31,955 nucleotides of DNA from UHGV virus genome UHGV-0175171; one strand, written 5' to 3'. The notes under the pieces were generated by a model. That model was not told the DNA's origin. It saw nothing but the letters and a program-made list of their open reading frames with translations, and ran no database searches. The DNA is from a virus. Position 1 is the first letter of the stretch. Each line of letters starts with the position of its first letter. Positions 6,864 to 23,276 of the stretch are shown here, one piece after another. The translations under genes were made by a program, and so were the position numbers.

Positions 6864-7778
6864 TCAGCAGTTTCTTACGATTCTATCGTATCGTTCTACA
6901 AAAGTTATTATTTTCAACTGATCTTGATTATATGTATCAACCCATTTCTTCATAGCATCTTCTATTATGTAGAGAAAATCAACAAGGTTAAAGTAGGTCG
7001 TATCCCCAATAGTGGTTGTCTTAAATGAATTTCTTTGATGTATTGCAAAACTAATTCGTCTCACCTTCTCTTGTTTTACTTTCTGACTATCAAGATTAGA
7101 CATATGTATTAATGAATTGCGGAGTTCCCAAAGCTCATCAGAAGTAACTTCCAAAGAAGATAAATCTGCATAGGTGTTAAGCCATTTTGTAAAGTTATGG
7201 TGCTGACCAAAATCAACCCAGGCAATTGTATCAATGAATGAAAAAAGTAACTTTATGCAGCTTAAGTAATGTTTATTATTAAATAGATAGTGAATTGGTT
7301 CAAAATGATCATCCTTAAGAAGTTGAGCCATGTCAAAAGTATTACCGACATAGTATTTTGAAAGATAATCATTATGATTTGAAAATTCGTATCCTGAGAA
7401 TTTATCAATATGATGTTGACGAAGTGGTTCAAAATCTAAACGATGTTGGTTCATTATTTTACCGTTCTGGATTGGGGTAATCAAATGTAAGCAGTCATCA
7501 CCAAGATTATAAGGTGCTAAAACATCAGAGAAAATTAAAGTCAAATTGTCTGTACGCATCATTGCATTAATTTTTGCTAATGAAACTCCATTTTCTTTAT
7601 CTTTGATTTCTTGTGGAATATCACCAAAATTTGCATCTGAAAGGTCAAGGCCAACTTTAGATAAGAGGAAATGACACATTTCCTCTTCTGTTCCTGAATG
7701 CTCATACAGTACAAAAGCAACATGTGTTATTAAATCATCAGTTGCGAAGTAATATAAGTTAAGAAGTTTATGTTTCAT
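6864..7778 (-). CDS. hypothetical protein with an R-N-x3-H (HEPN-like) motif; candidate abortive-infection or RNase-type effector
   Basis: Start moved to the ATG at 7778 (GGAGGA RBS, 5-nt spacer); the track start at 7790 is a GTG. Motif ELRNSLIHM at residues ~220-225 fits the HEPN R-[N]-x3-H signature. No other domain recognised. Confidence 0.5.
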   Translation of the reverse strand: MKHKLLNLYYFATDDLITHVAFVLYEHSGTEEEMCHFLLSKVGLDLSDANFGDIPQEIKDKENGVSLAKINAMMRTDNLTLIFSDVLAPYNLGDDCLHLITPIQNGKIMNQHRLDFEPLRQHHIDKFSGYEFSNHNDYLSKYYVGNTFDMAQLLKDDHFEPIHYLFNNKHYLSCIKLLFSFIDTIAWVDFGQHHNFTKWLNTYADLSSLEVTSDELWELRNSLIHMSNLDSQKVKQEKVRRISFAIHQRNSFKTTTIGDTTYFNLVDFLYIIEDAMKKWVDTYNQDQLKIITFVERYDRIVRNC

Positions 7779-7790
7779 AAGTTCCTCCAC

Positions 7791-14781
<6,991 letters not shown>

Positions 14782-14782
<1 letters not shown>

Positions 14783-15219
14783 TGCGAACTTCAGACTACA
14801 CAATACGGAAATTTTTGATTAATAATCTCAATACTTTGGTAAATCTTCAATATCCATCGAAAGCAACGGTAGACGACAAACCAATGTTATACATCGGTGA
14901 CAGTACTGTAACACGTTCACGCATTCAAAAAGCAAATACATTAATTAATGGTCAATTAATACCAAGTGAGATTAATTATCTCTGTGAATTTAGAGTGGAC
15001 TTTGTAGCAGTAGGTGAAAATTATAAACTTGCATCTGATGAAATTAGTAAAGTACTTGATGCAATCTATGCAAGTGGTTTTATTAATGAATTGAACAAAC
15101 TACTTCCAATGGATGTTTTCAATGTTGTTCTGGAAGAGAGCTTAATGACTACCCAGGCCGAAGCAACTAATACGATGTATGTGCATACACAAACTATATC
15201 TTTTAGCTATGGGGAATAA
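14782..15219 (+). CDS. tail terminator protein (gpU-like, putative)
   Basis: 145-aa ORF with a TAATG overlap with the upstream gene; C-terminus ...TISFSYGE resembles the lambda gpU end ...VITYEM; position before the tail tube genes. Confidence 0.45.
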
Positions 15220-15222
15220 TTT

Positions 15223-16905
15223 ATGGCTTTTATTACTAACAACACAAGTGTATGGATTAACACCGACACATTAAACAGTGATCCCAAATCTAAGGGATTT
15301 AAAGAAGTACCAGAATTAAGCGGATTCCCTTCATTCGGTCACAGTACTGAAACCCTTGCCATTGAAACATATGACTCTGAATACATCGAAAAGGTAGTAG
15401 GTAATAGCACCTATGGCGATGTCACTATTACGGTTAACTGGGTTCCATCAAAACATAAGTTTCTCGATGACATCGTAAAAAGTCGCCAATTAGTACAAAT
15501 GAAGGTAGAGATCCCCGATGAAGGACAGAATGACCTTACGGTTAACTATGCACTTTATAATGGTTATCTGGCTTCTGTATCTACCAGTGGTGATTATGAT
15601 TCTGTTACTTCCCGTTCCTATGTATTCACCCCAAACGAACAACTTTCTGCGGGTATTCTTGACAGTACGATAGTCCCTCTAAATCGCGGAGACTGGGGCG
15701 TAGGTGCAAACGGTATTGAGTTTCCAAGTTATCAGGGGCGTGATGGTAACGCTTTTATTAAGATCCCAGGTGCAGGTTCACCAACAGGGACAGATGTACT
15801 TGGTATTAATAACCTTGATTCTAACTTTGGTACACAACTGGTTATCAGTAAGACAGGTACGCCAATAATTAACGTGCGTAACTATGGTGCATCTATGGGG
15901 GCATGGTACAAGGTCTATACCAGTGCTGATAAACCTACACTGGCAGAACTGGGTGCTGCATCAAGTGCATCTCTTGCAGACTACGTACCGATTACCCGTA
16001 CCATCAATAGCAAACCACTAACTGGTAATATTACACTACTGGCTTCTGATATCGCTGATGTATACAGTAAGACGTATATAGATCAGAACGTAGTCCCAAA
16101 AGTATTCCAGTTAAACGGTCATGCACTATCCGGTACGGCATTAAACTTAGTTGCCGCAGATATTCTTGATGTGTATTCACAGACTCAGGTTGATACGTCA
16201 TTTGTAAAAAAAACAACTACTGTTAACGGTTTAAGCCTTTCCCAGAATATAACACTGACAGCCGCACAACTCCCAGACATGGCGAGTATTGTTTTTACTA
16301 ATAACACATATGTACCAAAAACATACTTAATCAACAATAAGCCATTAACAGGAACTAACATTCAATTAGTTGCTGCTGATATTCCTGATGTGTACTCACG
16401 TACTCAGTCAAATGATCTATTTGCACTACGTATCACCACTATTAACGGGTATGCTCTTAACAGCAATATAGTACTGAATTTTGATGATGTAGGAACATAT
16501 TCAAAGAAACAGATCGATGACAAAGACAAGGTACTAAAGGAAGAGATTGATACGAAGGTAACAATTGTAGATGATATTCTTAAACTAAATACCCTTGTAA
16601 ATAATTCATTAGAAATAGATTTGAGTGATAGTAAAACTACATTCACAGTGACTCTATCACAACCAACGTCAAACTTCTCTGTACTAAATGCAAGTGGTAA
16701 TGACAAAAAGAGTCAAACATTTCAGGTGCTTATTAAACAGGGTACAGGGGCAAATAAAATATCCTGGCCTACAAACATTTTATGGTCTTATGGGCGTGTT
16801 CCAGTATTAACCTTTACAAAAGATTCTACTGATGTATTTCAGTTTGTCACAGTAGACGGGGGTAGTACTTGGTACGGCTCTCTACTAATGGCAGATATGA
16901 AATAA
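15223..16905 (+). CDS. tail tube protein paralog with a long C-terminal extension carrying ~5 phage-tail-fibre-type repeats
   Basis: N-terminal ~150 aa are clearly homologous to the protein at 19814..20290 (shared VNW.P, Q.KV, NGY..S...GD.DSV..R..V.T pattern). C-terminal repeats such as NSKPLTGNITLLASDIADVYSKT, NGHALSGTALNLVAADILDVYSQT and NNKPLTGTNIQLVAADIPDVYSRT. Confidence 0.6.
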   Translation: MAFITNNTSVWINTDTLNSDPKSKGFKEVPELSGFPSFGHSTETLAIETYDSEYIEKVVGNSTYGDVTITVNWVPSKHKFLDDIVKSRQLVQMKVEIPDEGQNDLTVNYALYNGYLASVSTSGDYDSVTSRSYVFTPNEQLSAGILDSTIVPLNRGDWGVGANGIEFPSYQGRDGNAFIKIPGAGSPTGTDVLGINNLDSNFGTQLVISKTGTPIINVRNYGASMGAWYKVYTSADKPTLAELGAASSASLADYVPITRTINSKPLTGNITLLASDIADVYSKTYIDQNVVPKVFQLNGHALSGTALNLVAADILDVYSQTQVDTSFVKKTTTVNGLSLSQNITLTAAQLPDMASIVFTNNTYVPKTYLINNKPLTGTNIQLVAADIPDVYSRTQSNDLFALRITTINGYALNSNIVLNFDDVGTYSKKQIDDKDKVLKEEIDTKVTIVDDILKLNTLVNNSLEIDLSDSKTTFTVTLSQPTSNFSVLNASGNDKKSQTFQVLIKQGTGANKISWPTNILWSYGRVPVLTFTKDSTDVFQFVTVDGGSTWYGSLLMADMK

Positions 16906-19763
16906 TGAAACCACACAATATAGATAATGCATATCAAATGATCGAAGGTCAGTTTAAGTTCTTGGCACGTAATACTGGCCTTACAACAAATAATAAGACA
17001 CAGCACTACGTATTAAACCCGGATAATGTACTTGCAAATAACCGTCACTTTATTGCAGAAACTGGATGGGAAGCACAGCCGGAAGGTGACGCAACTACAG
17101 AAGGTCAAAGCCTCCAGATTCTGGGGGCAATATATGTGTATCAGGCAACTAAAGACCCTTTCTATCTACAGAAGGCAAAAGAGTACTTTAATGCATATCA
17201 CAAGGCGTTCTATCGTGGTGCAGCATTTCCAGATCCACCGAGTTCATCACTACGCTGTAACTGGATTTGTAATGGAAAGGCTCCAGTACTGGCACACTAC
17301 CCATTAGATCCCGAATATCCGACGCATGGTGGATTTAAAGGGACACTATTCACATGGGCTAATGGCCTTACAAAGATCCCACATGGTGCTCCACACTGGG
17401 GTGAATACCTCGATGCAGTATGGTTTGCCTTCCCTAAGCGTGCGGGACTTGGTTGGAATCAGGTTAACGCAACCGCTTATATGTGGCTTACCAATGAAGA
17501 CTCAATAGACTGGGACACAAAAGCACCAACCTATGACGTCGAATGGATCATTGATCGTACCGGACGTAAGGTAGACTCAAACGGCACAGTACTGCAATCC
17601 GGTCTTACAGGTCAGGAAGGTACAGTACAGTTAAAGAATAAAACCATTACTGGTGAATATCGTTTTAACTATGCAACCCGAAACCCTGTAGAACATGGCG
17701 GGTATATGTTCAAGCGTAATGAACGCTGGCATAACCGACCTGTACACGTACCGATTGATAACTATGGTTCTTTGGACTTCTCTGATAATGCATCAGATGC
17801 CGAATTATGGTTTTGTCAGGCAGCCAAGTTACTTTGGGATATTACAGGAGAACGCCAGTATTATCTTGCGTGGCAATGTGCACTATTAACCTGTTATGGT
17901 TATTCAGATATTGACAAGTACGATATGTTCTTTCGTAAATCTACTATTGCCGTAACACCTTTTACTGATGGTATTTCATACGACTACTTCTACCCAAGTG
18001 AGCAAGTAGCATCATATTCCCGTGATGCACAGGGTTATATTGTAATAAATCAAAGTGCATCCGCACAGACGATGTTAGAACAACAATCAATCTGGTTTAA
18101 ATTCAATAATAACTCAAAATTTCACATTGAATATGGTGGTGTTGATAATACCAGTACTGCAATGTCAGTATCTGCTGAAGTCACAGTGAATAAAACAAAG
18201 ACAGAAGAGGGTGCAATTGATTATCGGTGTGGCTTACCAATGACTAATCCAGATGGATCTATTACTACAATGGACATTCCTATGAATCGTTTCACACGTG
18301 TGATGAAACCAGATGGCTCTAATTATATGACTGCCGATCTACGTATGATTGCCGATTATGGAGATAACACGGTAACAAACTTTGAATATCAGAGTGGAGT
18401 ACTTGGGAAGTATTACGATAACGTCGTGTCTACAACAATGGATGGTGACGGGGGACAGGTGGTGGGGTTTTGGATATTCACACCAGAGACTGCCAATATT
18501 CAGTCTTTTACCTATCGTTCATATGATGATGATTTTAACTTTCGTATAAGTGATGATAATAAATGGCGTTGGTGGGCTATGCTCCCTGCAACAAATGGTG
18601 AATGGGTTACAAAGACTTTTACTATTGCTGACTTCAAACTAAACGGTTATCAACCAGATCACCCCGAAATTGAAGATCCAGATAACCCAGGAGAATGGAT
18701 TCAACCAGATCCAATTCCAGCAAGCCCAGTACTAACGAACCGTGAATCTTTCACACTGCTACTTGATACAGATCCAGTAAATGGTGTGAATGGAAAGATT
18801 GACTGGTATTGTATTAATGATTTGCCTGCGATGTATACAGATGCTGGGACAGGTGATTATTCGGTCACAGTACTGCTTACGTTTAACGACACAACTGGTA
18901 ATGGATACACAGCACGATTAGGTGACTGTACTATTAAAGATTATATGTTAGATAGTCTTGCGTATACTCCCGGTTTAATTCCGTTCTCTAACATTACCGA
19001 TCCCTATGCCCAGTTATATTCTGGCTGGCGTGGTCTACCGTATCCTGGTTATCAACTACCGGCGATCTGGTGCTTTAAAGGAACAGAAATAGATCATACT
19101 CGCTTAAATAACAGTATCAATTTTCTATATGATTCTCAGGCATGGTTTAAAAATAAATTTAAACCATCTTTACCAGGACCATGTGCACAGGCTTTCGTAT
19201 GGAACAGACAGGACGCTTTAGCATATGCTCCTGATGGTAAACCAGATCAATTCATAATGCAGCACTGGTACGCCGAAGCATGGAGTGGATACGAACCAAG
19301 GGCTTTCTTTGGTGGGTGTGATGCAGTACATGAATTATGGTCACGACAAGACAGTACTGTAATACCTCCTAAACTAATATCTTTCTGTCAGAACTGGATG
19401 AACTATCTAAAATGGTTCATGAAAAATAATGTCGGTAAAGCTCCTACCTATTTTAGGGATAATGGTTCTGTAGAATATGATGGCTTTACCCCTCATATGT
19501 CAGGTCTATGGTTAGCAGGGGCATGCATGATGGCTATCGCCGGATATCCAGACCATGAGCTAATTCAATTACTATTTGATGAAATACAACTTAACTATGC
19601 AGTTATTTCACCAAATCATGTAATGAATGGTACATGGCCTGCGTCAATCAGAACAGGTAATGAAACAACTGCCGAAAACAATAGTATGTTCTTTAGTTTC
19701 TATTCGGGTGAACTTTTACGCGGATTGGGGCTATATGTGCAGTACTACAATCTTCATAAATAA
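16905..19763 (+). CDS. large Trp/Tyr-rich protein of unknown function (951 aa), located between the two tail-tube paralogs
   Basis: Long ORF; ATG at 16905 in a TAATG overlap (the track start at 16869 is a TTG). Sequence is aromatic-rich, like carbohydrate-active or binding proteins, but no motif I can name with confidence. Confidence 0.5.
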   Translation: MKPHNIDNAYQMIEGQFKFLARNTGLTTNNKTQHYVLNPDNVLANNRHFIAETGWEAQPEGDATTEGQSLQILGAIYVYQATKDPFYLQKAKEYFNAYHKAFYRGAAFPDPPSSSLRCNWICNGKAPVLAHYPLDPEYPTHGGFKGTLFTWANGLTKIPHGAPHWGEYLDAVWFAFPKRAGLGWNQVNATAYMWLTNEDSIDWDTKAPTYDVEWIIDRTGRKVDSNGTVLQSGLTGQEGTVQLKNKTITGEYRFNYATRNPVEHGGYMFKRNERWHNRPVHVPIDNYGSLDFSDNASDAELWFCQAAKLLWDITGERQYYLAWQCALLTCYGYSDIDKYDMFFRKSTIAVTPFTDGISYDYFYPSEQVASYSRDAQGYIVINQSASAQTMLEQQSIWFKFNNNSKFHIEYGGVDNTSTAMSVSAEVTVNKTKTEEGAIDYRCGLPMTNPDGSITTMDIPMNRFTRVMKPDGSNYMTADLRMIADYGDNTVTNFEYQSGVLGKYYDNVVSTTMDGDGGQVVGFWIFTPETANIQSFTYRSYDDDFNFRISDDNKWRWWAMLPATNGEWVTKTFTIADFKLNGYQPDHPEIEDPDNPGEWIQPDPIPASPVLTNRESFTLLLDTDPVNGVNGKIDWYCINDLPAMYTDAGTGDYSVTVLLTFNDTTGNGYTARLGDCTIKDYMLDSLAYTPGLIPFSNITDPYAQLYSGWRGLPYPGYQLPAIWCFKGTEIDHTRLNNSINFLYDSQAWFKNKFKPSLPGPCAQAFVWNRQDALAYAPDGKPDQFIMQHWYAEAWSGYEPRAFFGGCDAVHELWSRQDSTVIPPKLISFCQNWMNYLKWFMKNNVGKAPTYFRDNGSVEYDGFTPHMSGLWLAGACMMAIAGYPDHELIQLLFDEIQLNYAVISPNHVMNGTWPASIRTGNETTAENNSMFFSFYSGELLRGLGLYVQYYNLHK

Positions 19764-19773
19764 AAAAGGAAAC

Positions 19774-19792
19774 GGGTAACAGGACGTTACCC
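19774..19792 (+). other. short hairpin (gggtaac / gttaccc) between the 951-aa gene and the tail tube gene; possible attenuator
   Basis: 7-bp stem with a 5-nt loop, followed by A/T-rich sequence without a clean T-run. Confidence 0.3.
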
Positions 19793-19813
19793 TAATTAAA
19801 TAAGGAAATTAAA

Positions 19814-20290
19814 ATGGCTTTTAATCGAATTTTCGCAGCGAATAACGTTGTAGTAGAAATTGCAGAAGCACCAGCAGGTGGTGGTCAGGCAACCACTTAT
19901 ACAGTAATTGAAGAAGTTGCAGCTTTCCCATCAGCAGCAGGTGCCGAGAGTACAATCATTTCAGTAAATACATTTGGTAAGCAGTACGCACAGAAGCTAT
20001 TAGGTTCTCGTTCTGTACCCGATCTAACCCTATCTGTGAACTGGAAACCAGGGGCAGTAGGACAGGAGATGTTAGTTACCGCAGCTCAAAAACAGACGCT
20101 TATGCAGGTAAAAGTAACCTATTACGAAAACATCGCTGATACCGATGGTGCGGGTTATTACTCTGTAGTTAATGGCTATATCAGTTCTGATGTTGTCGGT
20201 GGGGATTTTGATTCTGTCGCGACACGTGAATTCGTCATGACAATTACGGGACAACCTGTAGCAGTTGGTGAAATCGCAGCAAAACCATAA
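19814..20290 (+). CDS. major tail tube protein (lambda gpV N-domain-like)
   Basis: 158-aa ORF immediately upstream of the G/G-T chaperone pair and the tape measure gene; paralogous to the N-terminus of 15223..16905. Confidence 0.65.
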   Translation: MAFNRIFAANNVVVEIAEAPAGGGQATTYTVIEEVAAFPSAAGAESTIISVNTFGKQYAQKLLGSRSVPDLTLSVNWKPGAVGQEMLVTAAQKQTLMQVKVTYYENIADTDGAGYYSVVNGYISSDVVGGDFDSVATREFVMTITGQPVAVGEIAAKP

Positions 20291-20322
20291 TATAAAATAA
20301 TCATAATAAGGAAAAAATACAC

Positions 20323-20613
20323 ATGGATCTATCTAATCTAATGACAGCAATTGGTGTCAAAAAACATGCCTTTGAACTTGCTCCGGGGTTTACTGTTTAT
20401 ATTCGTCTTCCAGCTATTTCTAAGTATAGTGAATGTAGTGACCCGTACACTACAATTCATTACTGTGTAGTTGATGTCGATGGCAAACAACTTTTTAAAT
20501 CACCAGAACAGGTAGAAAGCGAAATTGACATGGTTTATCAAATCAAACTTAATACCGAAATCACGCGTATTTTTACCGAAGCTATGAATATTGAAGAAAT
20601 TGAAAAAAAGTAA
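20323..20613 (+). CDS. tail assembly chaperone (gpG-like)
   Basis: 96-aa acidic ORF between the tail tube and tape measure genes, ending ...gaa aaa aag taa with the A_AAA_AAG heptamer at 20604-20610. Confidence 0.6.
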   Translation: MDLSNLMTAIGVKKHAFELAPGFTVYIRLPAISKYSECSDPYTTIHYCVVDVDGKQLFKSPEQVESEIDMVYQIKLNTEITRIFTEAMNIEEIEKK

Positions 20614-20966
20614 GAGGCGATCCGTTTCTTAAACTTTCTCTAAAAATGCTGATGACAAAAGGGTGTGGTGTGGAAGATCTCTGCACCATGCCCTTTTCGC
20701 TTTTTATCTATCTATTTGTATATGACACTTTTGTAGAACCAAATTCTTCCCGAATTGAACAGGTAAGACATACCGAAATACTCCAGGCTATATGGCTCAG
20801 TACTGGGAATATTAAGAAGGAAGACTTAAAGAAATTCAGTATCACAGAATTGGACTCTCTTAATATCATCAACAATAAGACCATTAAAGAACAAGCCGAA
20901 GAGAGAGAGAAACGGATCGCCGAAGAACAGAGAGCAAACATGTTAAACTGGATGGGAAGAAAATAA
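20323..20966 (+). CDS. tail assembly chaperone G-T fusion made by a -1 programmed frameshift (predicted)
   Basis: The -1 frame is open from 20604 through 20966 (track ORF 20646..20966 lies in that frame); slippery heptamer A_AAA_AAG sits at the G stop; the frame ends 1 nt before the tape measure ATG. Confidence 0.55.
20604..20610 (+). promoter_or_regulatory. -1 ribosomal frameshift slippery site A_AAA_AAG
   Basis: Read directly in the zero frame of the gpG-like ORF; same heptamer class as the E. coli dnaX site. Confidence 0.6.
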
Positions 20967-20967
20967 T

Positions 20968-23229
20968 ATGGCAGGGAATAAACAACAGATGATTTTTGAA
21001 ATCACAGGTGATGAATCTGGGTTACAAAAATCTTTAAAAAGTGCTGGCAATGGACTTGCCGACTTTGGTGATCGTGCTGGTAGTGTATTTGGTGGTATTA
21101 GTGGTGGCCTAAGTTCAATGGCAACTGGTCTTGGTGGTGTTGGTAATGCGGCAACAATGGCAATTACAGCTATTACAGCACTGACCACATATACAATTGG
21201 ACTTGCAAACGACATCAACGCATTGACACGCACAACCGGACTAAGTGCCGAGCAACTCCAGCAGTGGTCAGGGGCATTCAAAACCATAGGATTATCTATG
21301 GAAGAAGTTGGTTCGATTAACGAAGCAGTGATGGATCAACTTGGTATTGCGTCTGCGGACGGTTCTGGCGTTGGCGGTGACTTGAAAACATTCGGCGTAG
21401 ATGTAAAGAGCCTAATACCAACATTAAAACAGGCTGATGGTGGTTTACAGGCATTGTCAAAAGTCTTTTTTGAGATGAAAAAGAATGGTGCAAATCTTGC
21501 CGAAATTACAAACATGATTAATGCTCTCGGTGGTGATGCTGCAAAACTAATACCTACATTCAACTCTTTTAATAGTGAGATTGAATTTAATAACTCTCTT
21601 GCAGCCCAGAACGTAGCAATGACTAATGAACAGGCAAAAACATTTGATCTGTTAAGTCAGAATACTTCAGGTCTTGGTAACGGACTGAAAACTCTTGCAT
21701 TTGAAATTGTTACACCCCTCATTGATATTTTTAATGGACTCGTAAAAGCCTGTAAGGAAATATATCAATGGTTTGACAACCTCAAAACAAAAGCAGTTGA
21801 GTTTATTAATTCATTCTTTAACTGGGATTCAAAAAACACGATCATACAGTCGTTATACGATCAGGTAGTTAAATTCTATGACATGATCCGTAATTTAGGA
21901 TCAAAGATTGGCCTTGAATTACCCGAGTTTACACCCGAGCAAATAGCAAAAGGACGTAAACACGTACAGACAGCAGCCGATGCAGTTTTTTCACCACTTG
22001 GACCAGGTATTGGTGGTCTTGCTGCCTTTGCCCGTGAATATTCACAGGAAGACTATAAACCAACTACAAAGGCATATACAGGAACGACAAAAGAGCGTTC
22101 TAACTTCGATGATGGTAAAGCAGGGGAAGAAGCGAAAAAAGCCAGTGATAAGGCCGCAAAGGATCGTATCCAGGCTGCCAAAGTACTGGAACAGACTATG
22201 AATGGTATTGCAGGTAATGGTGCTGCCCTACAGCTACAACAATTTAATAAGACCCAGGATGAAATAGAACAACGCATTAAAATAAGTGCAGATACTCTTG
22301 GTAAAACTGAAGCTGAAAAGACTGAACTATTAAGAAAGCAGACTGATTCACGTAAACGCCTGTATAAAGAAATGGTTAATTCAATGCTCACTGAAAGTGA
22401 TCCACTTAAACTTGCCCAGAATATTTCGGCAATTGGTGGTTCTATGTCAGGAAAAGACCTTAATTCAGTACTGGCAGGTCAAAACGAACGTATGGGACTT
22501 AATCAAGATCCATTAAATATGAGTGCCGATCAGAACACGCTCGATACATTAGCAACAGAAGGACAGGCCGAATTAGCACTGAATCAAAGTCTGTATGAAC
22601 AGAAGTTATTAAGTTATCAGGATTACCAAGATCGCATGGTAGCAATTCAACAATCTACTACAGACAAAATGAGTCAGGCTAATATTGATGCCCAGCAAAA
22701 GACACTTTCTATGTATGCAACGGGTGCTCAGGATCTCGGTACTACTCTTGCAGGTGTATTTGGTGAAAGTAATGCTATGGCAAAAGCTGCATTTGCAATG
22801 AGCAAAGGGATCGCAGTTGCCCAGTCTATTATCAATATTCAGCAGGGTATTTCTGAGGCTATGAAGCTTGGCTGGCCTACAGGCATCGCTGCGGGTATTA
22901 AGGTTGCAGCCGAAGGTGCCAATATTGTCAGTACGATTAAGGGTACAAAGATTGAAGGTCAGGCACATGATGGTTGGGACTCACTACCGAAGACTGGTAC
23001 ATATAATCTTGAAAAAGGTGAACGTGTTGTAGGTAAATCTCTGAACCAGGACTTAACACAGTACTTGAATAATAAGGGGAGTGATAAAGGTGGTGATATT
23101 AAAATTGATGCCCCTTTAATTATTCAGGGTGCCGGAGAACTCACAGATTCAAAATTCCAGAGTATGTGTGATAAACACGCCGATACTATCACCCAGGCAG
23201 TACGTAAAAGCCAACAGAGGAACGTCTAA
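20968..23229 (+). CDS. tail tape measure protein
   Basis: 753-aa ORF, Gly/Ala-rich N-terminus with a hydrophobic segment and long helical coiled-coil-like regions; position after G/G-T. Confidence 0.85.
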   Translation: MAGNKQQMIFEITGDESGLQKSLKSAGNGLADFGDRAGSVFGGISGGLSSMATGLGGVGNAATMAITAITALTTYTIGLANDINALTRTTGLSAEQLQQWSGAFKTIGLSMEEVGSINEAVMDQLGIASADGSGVGGDLKTFGVDVKSLIPTLKQADGGLQALSKVFFEMKKNGANLAEITNMINALGGDAAKLIPTFNSFNSEIEFNNSLAAQNVAMTNEQAKTFDLLSQNTSGLGNGLKTLAFEIVTPLIDIFNGLVKACKEIYQWFDNLKTKAVEFINSFFNWDSKNTIIQSLYDQVVKFYDMIRNLGSKIGLELPEFTPEQIAKGRKHVQTAADAVFSPLGPGIGGLAAFAREYSQEDYKPTTKAYTGTTKERSNFDDGKAGEEAKKASDKAAKDRIQAAKVLEQTMNGIAGNGAALQLQQFNKTQDEIEQRIKISADTLGKTEAEKTELLRKQTDSRKRLYKEMVNSMLTESDPLKLAQNISAIGGSMSGKDLNSVLAGQNERMGLNQDPLNMSADQNTLDTLATEGQAELALNQSLYEQKLLSYQDYQDRMVAIQQSTTDKMSQANIDAQQKTLSMYATGAQDLGTTLAGVFGESNAMAKAAFAMSKGIAVAQSIINIQQGISEAMKLGWPTGIAAGIKVAAEGANIVSTIKGTKIEGQAHDGWDSLPKTGTYNLEKGERVVGKSLNQDLTQYLNNKGSDKGGDIKIDAPLIIQGAGELTDSKFQSMCDKHADTITQAVRKSQQRNV

Positions 23230-23242
23230 GTAAATACAGTAT

Positions 23243-23266
23243 GCCCACATTCATGTGGGCTTTATA
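23243..23266 (+). terminator. weak intrinsic terminator or attenuator after the tape measure gene
   Basis: Stem gcccaca/tgtgggc with a 4-nt loop, followed by TTTATA. Confidence 0.35.
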
Positions 23267-23276
23267 AGGAAAATAT

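Noticed and set aside
16869-16904. Track start (TTG) of the 951-aa protein and similar non-ATG track starts (3520 GTG, 7790 GTG, 31626 TTG, 29245 TTG)
   Set aside because: In each case an in-frame ATG with a better RBS or a TAATG coupling lies a few codons downstream; the longer ORF-track starts are probably artefacts of longest-ORF calling.
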